Origin: Thermodesulfobacteriota bacterium
Lineage (GTDB): Bacteria; Desulfobacterota; Desulfarculia; JACQYL01
NCBI GenBank assembly: GCA_963675595.2
Contig: CAXXLZ010000002.1
Location: 352,001-416,000, forward strand
DNA: 64,000 nt
Direction of reading: 5' to 3'
Shown here piece by piece: positions 46,683 to 55,750 of the stretch. The notes beneath the pieces are model-generated. The model searched no databases. It worked only from the letters and a program-made list of their open reading frames with translations, and was not told where the DNA came from. Every line of letters begins with the position of its first letter. Position 1 is the stretch's first letter. A program made the translations under genes and the position numbers.

Positions 46683-48128
46683 TCAGATTCCCAGCTTGCC
46701 CGGATTCATGATGTCGTTGGGATCAAGCATTTGCTTGACCTTTTTCAAAAGCATCAGGTAACCGGGATGCGCCCGTTGGTTGATCTCCTTGGCGAAGTCC
46801 ACGGGGGGCTTGTACGGGATGCCGCCCTCGTCCAGGTCCACCTTGAGGCATTCCACGATGGCCCTGCGGGCATTCTCGATGTCGTCGGGATTCTGTTTGT
46901 TGAAGGGAATCATGGCGCGAAGCATGCCGTAATGAACGCCTCGGTACATGGACATGCGCACGGAAGGGGAGAGGTTGGCGTCGATGAGAATCTCTTTCCA
47001 TCTCGAGTATACGGGCGCCCACTTCTTGGCGGGAGTAAAGGTGCCCGGCCAGGAAATGCCGGCCCCCGCCATCTTACAGTAGTTCTTGGTGGAGCCCACG
47101 ATCTGGCTGGGTAATTGGGTCCTCGCTTTGAGCGCTTCTTCGGGATACTGAGTGACCTTCAGGGAAGTACCTTTCTTCTTCTCCTCCTCAACCACCGTTT
47201 CCCACATCTCTTCTTTGGCTTCCTTCTCTTTTTCCGTGAAGGAAGTGGTGTTGGCGAAACTGAACCATTCCGGAGACTCGTCCGGCTTCGCGCGATAGGG
47301 ATAGGGGATGGGTACCTGAGCCAGCCACCACGAAACCGCGGTGAGGTCGTCGCAGATTTCGTAATTGCTCAGATTCAGCATGTAGGAATACATATCCTGC
47401 ACGTTGTCGCAGGACACGGTGAACACCTTGAGGACCGGGGGAATGGGATGGACGCCGACGCCCAGCTTGGTGATCACGCCGGTGCTTCCCAGCCAGCCTT
47501 TGAACAGGCCGTCCATTTGGGGCATGGGGAGTACGCTGTGCCAAGCGTTTTCCTGAATGGCGCAGGACCCTACGCGCACCAGTTCACCGGTGGGCAACAC
47601 CACTTCCATGCTGGTGATTTCCTGGCTGTTGAGACCGTATCGGGCGTTGAGCCCCCCGATGCCGTGGGAAATGGCGCAGGAAGACACGGAAGCCGAGGGG
47701 GGACCCACCGGCCAACCGAATCTCAAATTGTGTTTGTAGAGCGCTTCGGCGAGTTGGGCGTGACTGACGCCGGGTTCGACGACCGCGTAATGGGATTCCG
47801 CGTCGATATCGAGAATCCGGTTCATGCGTTTGAGGTCCATCAGAATGCCGCCTCTTTCCGGAATCGTGAGGCCTCCGATGTTGGTGCCCGCAGTATAGGG
47901 AGTTACCGGGATTTTCTCCTGGTTGGCGAAGCGCATGATCCCCTGGACCTGCTCGACGTTCTCCACCAGAACCACGTAATCGGGCATTTTGGGCTGCACG
48001 AAAGACAAATCGTAAGAGTAGGCGAATCGTACGTGCTTGGCCGCGGTGGCGTTCTTCGCACCCACGATGGACTGCAATTCCTTCAAGACCCTTTCGTCGA
48101 AACGGCCTTCATCGAACATGTAGTGCAC
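46683..48128 (-). CDS. GlcD / D-lactate dehydrogenase-like FAD-binding oxidoreductase
   Basis: PDYVVL, AGTNIGG, DLKRMNRI, VEPGV, EVVLPTGE, GSTGVITK, DPNDIMNPGK; GTG 48128 after aggagg. Confidence 0.88.
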   Translation of the reverse strand: MHYMFDEGRFDERVLKELQSIVGAKNATAAKHVRFAYSYDLSFVQPKMPDYVVLVENVEQVQGIMRFANQEKIPVTPYTAGTNIGGLTIPERGGILMDLKRMNRILDIDAESHYAVVEPGVSHAQLAEALYKHNLRFGWPVGPPSASVSSCAISHGIGGLNARYGLNSQEITSMEVVLPTGELVRVGSCAIQENAWHSVLPMPQMDGLFKGWLGSTGVITKLGVGVHPIPPVLKVFTVSCDNVQDMYSYMLNLSNYEICDDLTAVSWWLAQVPIPYPYRAKPDESPEWFSFANTTSFTEKEKEAKEEMWETVVEEEKKKGTSLKVTQYPEEALKARTQLPSQIVGSTKNYCKMAGAGISWPGTFTPAKKWAPVYSRWKEILIDANLSPSVRMSMYRGVHYGMLRAMIPFNKQNPDDIENARRAIVECLKVDLDEGGIPYKPPVDFAKEINQRAHPGYLMLLKKVKQMLDPNDIMNPGKLGI

Positions 48129-48230
48129 CTTAAACCCTCCTATGAATGATGTGACCGGGGTGCACCTCGAAAGTGCACCCAAGGGGGTTGCCTGCGGCCG
48201 GGAATCAACGGCGTCCGGGTCCACCGGAAT

Positions 48231-48968
48231 TCACACGGACCGGAAACTCTTGAAACTCTCCGGACCTTGCAGGGCGAAGTAGCTGATCAAGCCTTCTTCA
48301 ACCTCCTTGATGTGACGGTACATTTCGACGCGGGCCCGCTCGGGGTCACGCATTCGAAGTGCGTCCAGAATCCTTTTGTGCGCCAGAAAAACGGCGACGG
48401 AAAAGTCATGATCGGTGTGGATCAGATCTTTGATGCCCACAAGCATGTCGCGCACCGAATCCATGACCAGACAGATGATGGCATTCCCGGCAATGGTGGC
48501 GATTTTCTGATGAAAATAGATTTCGAGTTCATGAGAAAATCGACCGTTGTCCAGCGTTTCCTTCATGTCCCAGAGATTCTTTTCCAGCTCGTCGACTTCC
48601 TCGTTGGTTGCGATTTGGGCGGTGATCTCGCAAAGCTGAGGTTCGATGATGCATCGGACCTGGGAGAGCTCCGAGATGGACGGGTTGCGGAAAAACAAAT
48701 AGTTGGTGAGGCAATCCCGGGCCTTCTGCGCGTCCACCTCTCGCACGAAAGCCCCGCCTGAGACTCCCTGCCGTACCTCGAGAAGTCCTAGAGCTTCGAG
48801 GGCTCGAAACGCCTCTCTAAGCGAAGCCTTGCTGACCCCGAAATCGTCCGCCAAGTCTTTTTCCGCAGGCAGCCGGTCGCCGGGCTTGAGCCGACCTTCA
48901 AGGATCGCCTGCCTGATCTGCTGCACGATGTTTTCCGAAATTCGATTGAACTTGGCTGATTTGAACAT
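48231..48968 (-). CDS. GntR/FadR-family transcriptional regulator
   Basis: LKPGDRLPAEKDLADDFGVSKASLREA wHTH; FCD domain FHQKIA..GN, H..ILDAL..RD; aggaagga RBS. Confidence 0.93.
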   Translation of the reverse strand: MFKSAKFNRISENIVQQIRQAILEGRLKPGDRLPAEKDLADDFGVSKASLREAFRALEALGLLEVRQGVSGGAFVREVDAQKARDCLTNYLFFRNPSISELSQVRCIIEPQLCEITAQIATNEEVDELEKNLWDMKETLDNGRFSHELEIYFHQKIATIAGNAIICLVMDSVRDMLVGIKDLIHTDHDFSVAVFLAHKRILDALRMRDPERARVEMYRHIKEVEEGLISYFALQGPESFKSFRSV

Positions 48969-49050
48969 GAGTATCCGCTGCTCCTTCCTGCCGTGGATAG
49001 CTGTTGCCATAGGCGGTCGAGGTTGTCAAGAAATTTTTATAAAGTTTAAA

Positions 49051-49097
49051 ACATCTGATATTTCGCTATTGATTTCCTCGAGGAGATCCGATATAGG
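49051..49097. promoter_or_regulatory. Candidate FadR-type operator pair and plus-strand sigma70 promoter
   Basis: Near-palindromes acatctgatat (49051-49061) and agatccgatat (49084-49094); TTGATT-17-TATAGG at 49069-49097. Confidence 0.4.
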
Positions 49098-49266
49098 ATT
49101 CCTAACATTAGCGGTCTTTTCATGTAACATCCCGGATTTACTAACGATATGTACGAGAAGATTCGCTTTCTCGGTTCCGGATCGCCTCGAAGGCGTATCC
49201 CCCCGCCGGAGGTTTCCGGTTATATAAGAATAAGAATTGTTTCACAAATCCAAACATAAGGGGACG

Positions 49267-49635
49267 ATGAACATGGGAGTTAAAGTTGACGCACTCAAGT
49301 GCATCGGATGCATGGCTTGCGAAATGGCGTGCGGCTACCACAGGGACGACGGGTTCGCCTTCCTTTCCGCATGCATCGTTCTTTATCGCGGCCGTGAGAA
49401 GAAGAACTACTTCGGCGTGCTCCTCAAGGAAGAGGAAGACCTGGTCGTTTTCCGGCCCGAAGGTATGGAAGTGAAGAAAATCGGCGCCACGGACGACGAA
49501 CCCGGGGAGCAGAAGGAAGGGGATGCCTCCGCCAAGCCCATGCTGCTGAGAGAAGCCTGCGACCTCTGCGAAGAGATGGAACACGGCCCCATGTGCGTTA
49601 AGGTCTGCCCCGTGGACGCCATCATCGTTGAATAA
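49267..49635 (+). CDS. 4Fe-4S dicluster protein (AOR-associated type)
   Basis: CIGCMACEMAC ... CDLC ... CVKVCPVDAI. Confidence 0.85.
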   Translation: MNMGVKVDALKCIGCMACEMACGYHRDDGFAFLSACIVLYRGREKKNYFGVLLKEEEDLVVFRPEGMEVKKIGATDDEPGEQKEGDASAKPMLLREACDLCEEMEHGPMCVKVCPVDAIIVE

Positions 49636-49645
49636 GGAGAATGCC

Positions 49646-50956
49646 ATGGAGTATTTGTCGTCCGATAAGATTCTCATTGTGGACCTGGCCGCCGGGGAAA
49701 TCAGCGAAGACGAGCTGAGTGAAGACCTCGTTGCCGAAAAGATCGGCGGCGCGGCCGTGAACAAGGCACTTTATGAACAACACGCCGACGGAGACCCCAT
49801 CGTCATCGGTACGGGCCTGCTCAGCGGCACCCTGTGCCCCGGCTCGTCCCTCGCCGTCCTTACCGGCAAAAGCCCGATTACGGGAAAACTCGCCCACGCG
49901 CCCATCACTTTTCACGTAGGTATCGAGCTCAAATACGCGGGCTTCGATTATGTCGTACTCAAGGGTAAGGCGGATAAGCCGGTGTTTCTTTGGATTCACG
50001 ACGGCGTAGCCGACGTGAACGACGCTTCCGACGTTTGGGGATCCGACGTTTGGCAGAGCACGGATGCCTGGCGCAAGGCCTTGGGCGACGACCTCATCCA
50101 GACCATGGTGATCGGCCCGGCCGGAGAATCCGGTTCCGATGCGGCCCAGGTCTGTTTGAACTACTGGCCGAGCGGAGATCGCTTCGGCTTCGGCAGGCTT
50201 TTCGGCGAAAAGAACCTGAAAGGAATCGCCCTCCGAGGGATGGGACTCCTGGAAATCGCGGACGCCGAAGGATTCGTCGACAAGTGTCTCGAAATCATTC
50301 CCCAGGTAAAAGACGGAGCGCTCAAAGGCAAGAAAGGCGTGGAAGACATCTGCGCGGCCATGGGGCACGCGGACGTCAAGGAGTGGTTGGCTCCCATCGT
50401 ACACCGCCACACGGCCTCCTACAACAGCCCCTATCCCACCCAAACCTTCGTATTTCTGGATGAAGATCCGGCTCTCAAGACCGAATCCGCCGTTGCGGAA
50501 CCCGGCTTCAGACTGGACGATCCCGATGCCGTTCTCGGCTTCAAGAATCTCGGTCTGGAGGCCAAAGAAGCCTGCCGGTTGATGTGTCTTTGCGCCCGGA
50601 AGGGGCTGAGCGCCGCAGCGGTTGCTCAACTCAGCGAAAAAGCCGGCAAGAAGAGCGCTCAGGAAATCGAAGCTTCTCTGGACTCTCTCACCGGAACCGT
50701 GGAACTCGCCGGTCAAGGCATTTTCAGTCCCTGGTGTCCCCGCAGTCCCTTGTTCGGAGATTTCGGCGCGTCCGACGCAGCTTCCTGGTGGGAACGCAGA
50801 CAAGCCGTGGCTTACGTTTTCGGAATCGACCCCATGTTCGCAGTCATGTCTCCTGAATTGACCGAGGAGTTGCTCCTCGAGCTGGCCGGAATCGGAACCG
50901 AAATCGAATTCACTTCCGATACGTTGGAATCCGTTGTGAGCGATCTTCAAGTCTGA
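49646..50956 (+). CDS. Aldehyde:ferredoxin oxidoreductase (AOR)-like protein, short and degenerate
   Basis: KILIVDL, GKSPITG, ELKYAGFD..VLKGKADKPV.LWI, IGPAGE, GEKNLKGIALRG N-terminal domain; only 436 aa; aaggaga RBS. Confidence 0.82.
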   Translation: MEYLSSDKILIVDLAAGEISEDELSEDLVAEKIGGAAVNKALYEQHADGDPIVIGTGLLSGTLCPGSSLAVLTGKSPITGKLAHAPITFHVGIELKYAGFDYVVLKGKADKPVFLWIHDGVADVNDASDVWGSDVWQSTDAWRKALGDDLIQTMVIGPAGESGSDAAQVCLNYWPSGDRFGFGRLFGEKNLKGIALRGMGLLEIADAEGFVDKCLEIIPQVKDGALKGKKGVEDICAAMGHADVKEWLAPIVHRHTASYNSPYPTQTFVFLDEDPALKTESAVAEPGFRLDDPDAVLGFKNLGLEAKEACRLMCLCARKGLSAAAVAQLSEKAGKKSAQEIEASLDSLTGTVELAGQGIFSPWCPRSPLFGDFGASDAASWWERRQAVAYVFGIDPMFAVMSPELTEELLLELAGIGTEIEFTSDTLESVVSDLQV

Positions 50957-51044
50957 AGCTCTTCGCTTGAATACATCGGTCCTTTGCGGGACCCGATCAA
51001 AACTTGATTAGACAAGAACTGTTCCTACCCCAAACCTCCTCCTC

Positions 51045-51073
51045 CCCTCTCCCCTTCGGGGGAGAGGGCTTTC
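51045..51073 (+). terminator. Stem-loop with cUUCGg loop (terminator or REP-like)
   Basis: ccctctcccc-ttcg-ggggagaggg followed by ctttc. Confidence 0.6.
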
Positions 51074-51161
51074 ACCATTCGGCACGCCGGGGAGGTCCGA
51101 GGTCAAGGTATCGAACGGGAAACCCCGGAAGGACCCACAAGAAAGTCTTCCGAGCCGGCAC

Positions 51162-52478
51162 ATGGGTAATCCGTACGAACCGATCATCGCGTCGAATCGC
51201 GCCCTGGCCGATGGGCAACGCGTTTACCTGAGAGTGGGGAACGACGGCCCCCGGCCGAGCTCCACCAACGGAGACGGCGGCCGTCCCCTATCCTACCCCG
51301 CCATCGGAGTTTACGCCGGTGGAGGTTCTTCCCATTCCTGGCTGTGGTTCGCGGAGATTTTCGATCGATTGGGTTTCCATCGCGTCAGGTTTCTTGACGA
51401 ATACGAGGTGGAAAAAGGGGGGCTGAACGGTCTGGACGTGTTCGCGGTGTCCGGCGGGGATACCTTTGCCGTGGCCCGTGCCTTGGGAGCCGCGGGAGCC
51501 GAACGAATCGAAGCGTTCGTCCGGGAAGGCGGCCTCTACATCGGAACCTGCGCGGGCGCCTATCTTCCCCTCCGCTCTTCCAAGGAACACCTCAGGTTAT
51601 TCAACTTCGTCGAAGCCAAGATTTCCAACCTGTCCAGGAACCTTCCGGAACCCAAACACATGGCTCACAAATTCTGCACCTCATACGGATGCGATTTCGT
51701 GTTCCATCCCGTGAGGGAAGACGTGGCTTTGAAGACCACTGGGAGACTCCCCTTTCCCAAAGGCATGGAGGTTGTCGCCCCCATGTACGGCGGTCCGGGA
51801 ATGACGACTTCCGAAGGCACCGAAATCCTGCTGGAATACGGCGGATTCACCCCGCGGACTCAGTTCCTTGTCGACGAGGCCTTGGCGGAGGAAACCCTTG
51901 TTCAAAAGGCCGCCGTCATCCGCTCCGCATTGGGCAAAGGCAAGTTCCTCCTGTTCGGTCCCCATTTCGAGCACCCGCGATTTTCCGAGGCGAACGCCAT
52001 GCTCGCTCACCTAATTTACTGGGATGCCGAAGCCCGCGCGTTTCCGAAAAAGGGTTCCCAAATGGTCGAAGTGGTCGCGCCGGAGGCCGACCGCAGGAAA
52101 TTCGCCCAAGAGCTACGTCGTGAACTGAGTAATTCCCGCATTGTCGCCGCCGGGATGGAGCTGTTGCCGCTCCGATGGAAGATCGGTGCCAAGCTTTACG
52201 AACCTGAGAAATTGCGCGTCTTCCTCGAAGCGCTTTGGTCCAGGCTTCGCCATTTTGAACGAGGACCGTTTCGAGCGCCCGAAGAGGAAACCCGCGGATT
52301 GACGGAGTCTGCGAAGGAAACCACCAAAGCATTACGCCGATTGAAGTCCGAGGTGGACGCGAAAACCGAAACCACGGAGCTCGCGTCGGAGTGTTTCCGC
52401 CTTCTCCATGTGCTTTCAATCGGCCTCCTGAACCTGTACTTCAGGAACCGGTCGGAACTCGGGGCAATCGACACCTGA
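51162..52478 (+). CDS. BPL_N / class I glutamine-amidotransferase-like domain protein with helical C-terminal extension
   Basis: IGVYAGGG, AVSGGD, GGLYIGTCAGAY (nucleophile Cys), YGGP, GPHFE (H-x-E). Confidence 0.75.
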   Translation: MGNPYEPIIASNRALADGQRVYLRVGNDGPRPSSTNGDGGRPLSYPAIGVYAGGGSSHSWLWFAEIFDRLGFHRVRFLDEYEVEKGGLNGLDVFAVSGGDTFAVARALGAAGAERIEAFVREGGLYIGTCAGAYLPLRSSKEHLRLFNFVEAKISNLSRNLPEPKHMAHKFCTSYGCDFVFHPVREDVALKTTGRLPFPKGMEVVAPMYGGPGMTTSEGTEILLEYGGFTPRTQFLVDEALAEETLVQKAAVIRSALGKGKFLLFGPHFEHPRFSEANAMLAHLIYWDAEARAFPKKGSQMVEVVAPEADRRKFAQELRRELSNSRIVAAGMELLPLRWKIGAKLYEPEKLRVFLEALWSRLRHFERGPFRAPEEETRGLTESAKETTKALRRLKSEVDAKTETTELASECFRLLHVLSIGLLNLYFRNRSELGAIDT

Positions 52479-52514
52479 GCCGATTCCCGCCTCACGGCGG
52501 AATTACACGCCTCC

Positions 52515-53456
52515 ATGCGCCGCCGGACACCGGATCAACTCATTGTTTCAAAGGGGTTCACATTGGACTACAAATCGCACTTTCAAACCCGTATCCCGAA
52601 GCATGGAGCACTCCGCCTCCTGCCGAGATTCCTCATTGTGGTTACGGCCCTCGCCCTGTGCGGGGTCCCCGAGGTATGGGCGGACGCTTCCATCGGCTCC
52701 GATTCTTCATGGTTCGTGGACATGAACCGATATGCGGCTTCGGCCCACGGCGCCCTTGCCTGTGAGAAATGCCACGACAACATCATGGAAGACGGGCCAA
52801 ACCACCCGAAAACGGATAACGCTTCCTTATTGGACGAGGCCACTCGTAATTTCGATTACGGACGCTGTGCGGCGTGTCACGCTTCGGCGGTTCAACGTAC
52901 TCGGGAAGGCGCCCACGCCAAGGCTCTCGCGGAGGAACTCGCCCCCCCGGCTGAAGGCGCTGAGGCCTCTGAAAAGAAGAAGGCTCCCACCTGCGGCGAA
53001 TGCCACTCCGCGCATTACGCGCCCTCCGGGCGATCCAGGCTGGAAACCGGCAAGGAGATGACCGAAACCTGCGGCCGATGCCACCCGGCTCACCGGGCGA
53101 GCTATCTGGCCGACTTCCACGGCAGGGCGGCGGTGAAACTGGGGAATACCCGTTCGGCTTATTGCTCCGATTGCCACGGCGCTCACAACACCGTTTCTCT
53201 TAAGGAAAACGACAAAGCCCTGGCGGCCTGCCTCCGATGCCACCCGGATGCCGACGAAGGCTTCTCCCGGGTGGTGATCCATGCCTCCCTGGACACCATC
53301 GAACAGAAAGAGCAGGAGAAGAAGGAATCCCTGATCCTGGTCCATAGGGTTCGCGTCGTAGCCTTTGCCGTGGTGGCCCTGGTGTTGGTGTTCTTTTTCG
53401 GCCACTCCTTTCTTTGGATCATGAGAGAACTCCACGAAAAGTTGAGGAATCGCTAA
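52515..53456 (+). CDS. Multiheme cytochrome c (6 CxxCH) with C-terminal membrane anchor; start uncertain
   Basis: CEKCH, CAACH, CGECH, CGRCH, CSDCH, CLRCH; signal-like segment and C-terminal TM containing His. Confidence 0.9.
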   Translation: MRRRTPDQLIVSKGFTLDYKSHFQTRIPKHGALRLLPRFLIVVTALALCGVPEVWADASIGSDSSWFVDMNRYAASAHGALACEKCHDNIMEDGPNHPKTDNASLLDEATRNFDYGRCAACHASAVQRTREGAHAKALAEELAPPAEGAEASEKKKAPTCGECHSAHYAPSGRSRLETGKEMTETCGRCHPAHRASYLADFHGRAAVKLGNTRSAYCSDCHGAHNTVSLKENDKALAACLRCHPDADEGFSRVVIHASLDTIEQKEQEKKESLILVHRVRVVAFAVVALVLVFFFGHSFLWIMRELHEKLRNR

Positions 53457-53457
53457 C

Positions 53458-54180
53458 ATGCAAAATAAACAGCCCCAAGTCGAGACGGTTCAGCGGTTCA
53501 GCGTCCTGCACCGATTCCTTCATCTGGTGGTGATGATCGGATTTACGGTTCTGGCGGTCACGGGCCTGAGCCTCGCATTCAGTTCACAGTTCTGGGCCCG
53601 GGCGATCATGTGGATACTGGGCGGCCAAGAAAACGCAGGCGACGTGCATCGCTTCTTCGCCGTGGTGACCTACTCCGCAGTTGTGGCGCACCTGGTCTGG
53701 TTTCTATATTACAAGCTGGTCCTGAAAGGCCGGTGGACCGGTCCCCGGTCCCTCCTGCCGAGCATGCGGGACTTCAAGGATATGTCCGAGCACTTCCGGT
53801 TCTTTTTCGCCCGTAGGTCCCGGCCCCCGAAATTCAACAAGTTCTCCTACCTCGAGAAGTTCGATTATTGGGCGTTTTTCCTCGGTATGAACACCATGGG
53901 ACTCACCGGTCTCTTCCTGTGGTTCCCGGAAGCCTTCAGCCGAGTGTTGCCCGGATTTTTCGTAAATCTCGCCCAGGTGCTTCACCTTTACGAGGCCGTC
54001 ATGGCCATCGCACTGAAGCTGGTCCTTCATACGATCACGGTACATTTCCGCCCGTCGGTATATCCCGGAGACACTTCCATTTTTACGGGTAACACGACCA
54101 TGGAGAAGATGAAGCACGAGCATGCCGGCGAGTGGGAGGCTCGGGTCGCCGAGGATATCAACACCACACCGGGCAAGTAG
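53458..54180 (+). CDS. Cytochrome b (FdnI-like / b6 domain)
   Basis: RFSVLHRFLH, LAVTGL, VHRFFA, KFSYLEKFDYWA, HLYEAVMA, H..VHFRP. Confidence 0.88.
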   Translation: MQNKQPQVETVQRFSVLHRFLHLVVMIGFTVLAVTGLSLAFSSQFWARAIMWILGGQENAGDVHRFFAVVTYSAVVAHLVWFLYYKLVLKGRWTGPRSLLPSMRDFKDMSEHFRFFFARRSRPPKFNKFSYLEKFDYWAFFLGMNTMGLTGLFLWFPEAFSRVLPGFFVNLAQVLHLYEAVMAIALKLVLHTITVHFRPSVYPGDTSIFTGNTTMEKMKHEHAGEWEARVAEDINTTPGK

Positions 54181-54208
54181 AGTCCAAGCGCAAGGAATTG
54201 GGGTTCTT

Positions 54209-55639
54209 ATGAAAAAGATGCTCTTGATACTACTGATAGGCATAGCGGGATTGGGCTCGTTCGCCTTGTTCTTTCCCTCCGACGACGGCGTCAAGATGGA
54301 AGGAAGCAAGCGCGAGTGCCTGGACTGTCACCGCCAAAGAAACGTCAACACCAACGAAGGCGTGATCGCGTCCAATGCCTTCTGTATGGAATGTCACGCC
54401 CAGCCGTCCTGCAACCGTACCGAGGACGGCACGGCGGTGTCTCTCCAGGTGCCGGCCGACGCATTCGCCGGCACGCAACACAATTACGCCGCCTGTGTTC
54501 ACTGTCACCGGGACGTGGCCAAGTCTCCGCATCGTTCCGAAGCGGGCGTTCAGTGCCTCGAATGCCATACGGTCCACGGCGAAGAGGCGGCCGGAGATCC
54601 ACACTTGAGAGTCCGGTGCGAAGCCTGTCATACGCAATCCCGTTTCGTGGAGCTGGACCGCGCCGCAGATCGGGTACGTCTCGCAAGCATGGATGATCAG
54701 GGCGTTCCGTTGAGTTTCACCAACCATAAAATGACCGAGGTCTACGACAAGGAATTCTGCGCCAAATGCCATTTCGAGGGGAATTCGGTGGGCGCCGCCG
54801 CCATGGTCCTCCCGGGCAAAAGCGTTCTGTGTATCGTGTGCCACAACGCTCCCGCATCCGTCGGCCATTGGATGTTCAAGGGCGCCTTGGCCGTTCTCCT
54901 CCTCGGGCTGTTCGCCATGATATTCCTCTGGTTCCAGGGCAGCGTAGCCGGAGAGCGGACCTCGACCCATCGCAAAGCCGCTCTTGCCGCCGAGTCGGTG
55001 TGGGGCACGATCTTCTCTCGAAAAATCCTGTCCGTGTTGAGCACCCTGTTCTTCGACGTGTTGCTCCAACGGCGAATTCTGAAGGAAAGCGTCAAGCGCT
55101 GGACCATCCACTCGATGATTTATCTGGCCTTCATCGGTCGCCTCATTTTGAGTCTGATCACCATGATCCTTTACGGGCTGAATCCGGATGGTGAAACGAC
55201 TCTGGCATTGCTGGACAAGAATCACTGGTTCACCGCTTCGGTGAACGACTTCCTCGGACTGCTCATCGTCCTGGGGGTGCTCTGGGCCGCAGCTCAAAGA
55301 TTCGTAAGCCGACCGAAACACGTTCTGTCCGAAGAACAGGACAACTTGACGTTGTTGATCATAGGGCTGTTGACTCTCAGCGGCTTCGCTCTCGAGGGAG
55401 CGAGAATCTACGTCACCGGTGTTCCCGGCGAGGTCGCCTGCTATTCCTTCGTGGGATATTCGGTCGCCAAAGCGTGGGGGGCCTTTTCCTCCGACGCCCA
55501 GCGGGCCTACGGGATTCTCTGGTACGTCCACGGCGCCATGTGGGCGGCCTTCCTCGTCTACCTGCCTTTCAGCAAGCTGAGACACATTATTACGGCTCCG
55601 CTGAACCTTATCATTCGCGGCGATGAGAAGAAGGAGTGA
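54209..55639 (+). CDS. Multiheme cytochrome c (7 CxxCH) fused to NarI/HdrE-like membrane domain
   Basis: CLDCH, CMECH, CVHCH, CLECH, CEACH, CAKCH, CIVCH; then RWTIHSMIY...SGFALEGAR...WYVH...YLPFSKLRH. Confidence 0.88.
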   Translation: MKKMLLILLIGIAGLGSFALFFPSDDGVKMEGSKRECLDCHRQRNVNTNEGVIASNAFCMECHAQPSCNRTEDGTAVSLQVPADAFAGTQHNYAACVHCHRDVAKSPHRSEAGVQCLECHTVHGEEAAGDPHLRVRCEACHTQSRFVELDRAADRVRLASMDDQGVPLSFTNHKMTEVYDKEFCAKCHFEGNSVGAAAMVLPGKSVLCIVCHNAPASVGHWMFKGALAVLLLGLFAMIFLWFQGSVAGERTSTHRKAALAAESVWGTIFSRKILSVLSTLFFDVLLQRRILKESVKRWTIHSMIYLAFIGRLILSLITMILYGLNPDGETTLALLDKNHWFTASVNDFLGLLIVLGVLWAAAQRFVSRPKHVLSEEQDNLTLLIIGLLTLSGFALEGARIYVTGVPGEVACYSFVGYSVAKAWGAFSSDAQRAYGILWYVHGAMWAAFLVYLPFSKLRHIITAPLNLIIRGDEKKE

Positions 55640-55750
55640 TCCGGATTCGAGTCGAGGGCCGGAAACGCCGCCATTGAGTAGTCACCGGGTTCGGTCGTTG
55701 AACGTCCCCGAGGGATGGACCGAACCCGTCAATCCGAAGAGGAATGGATC

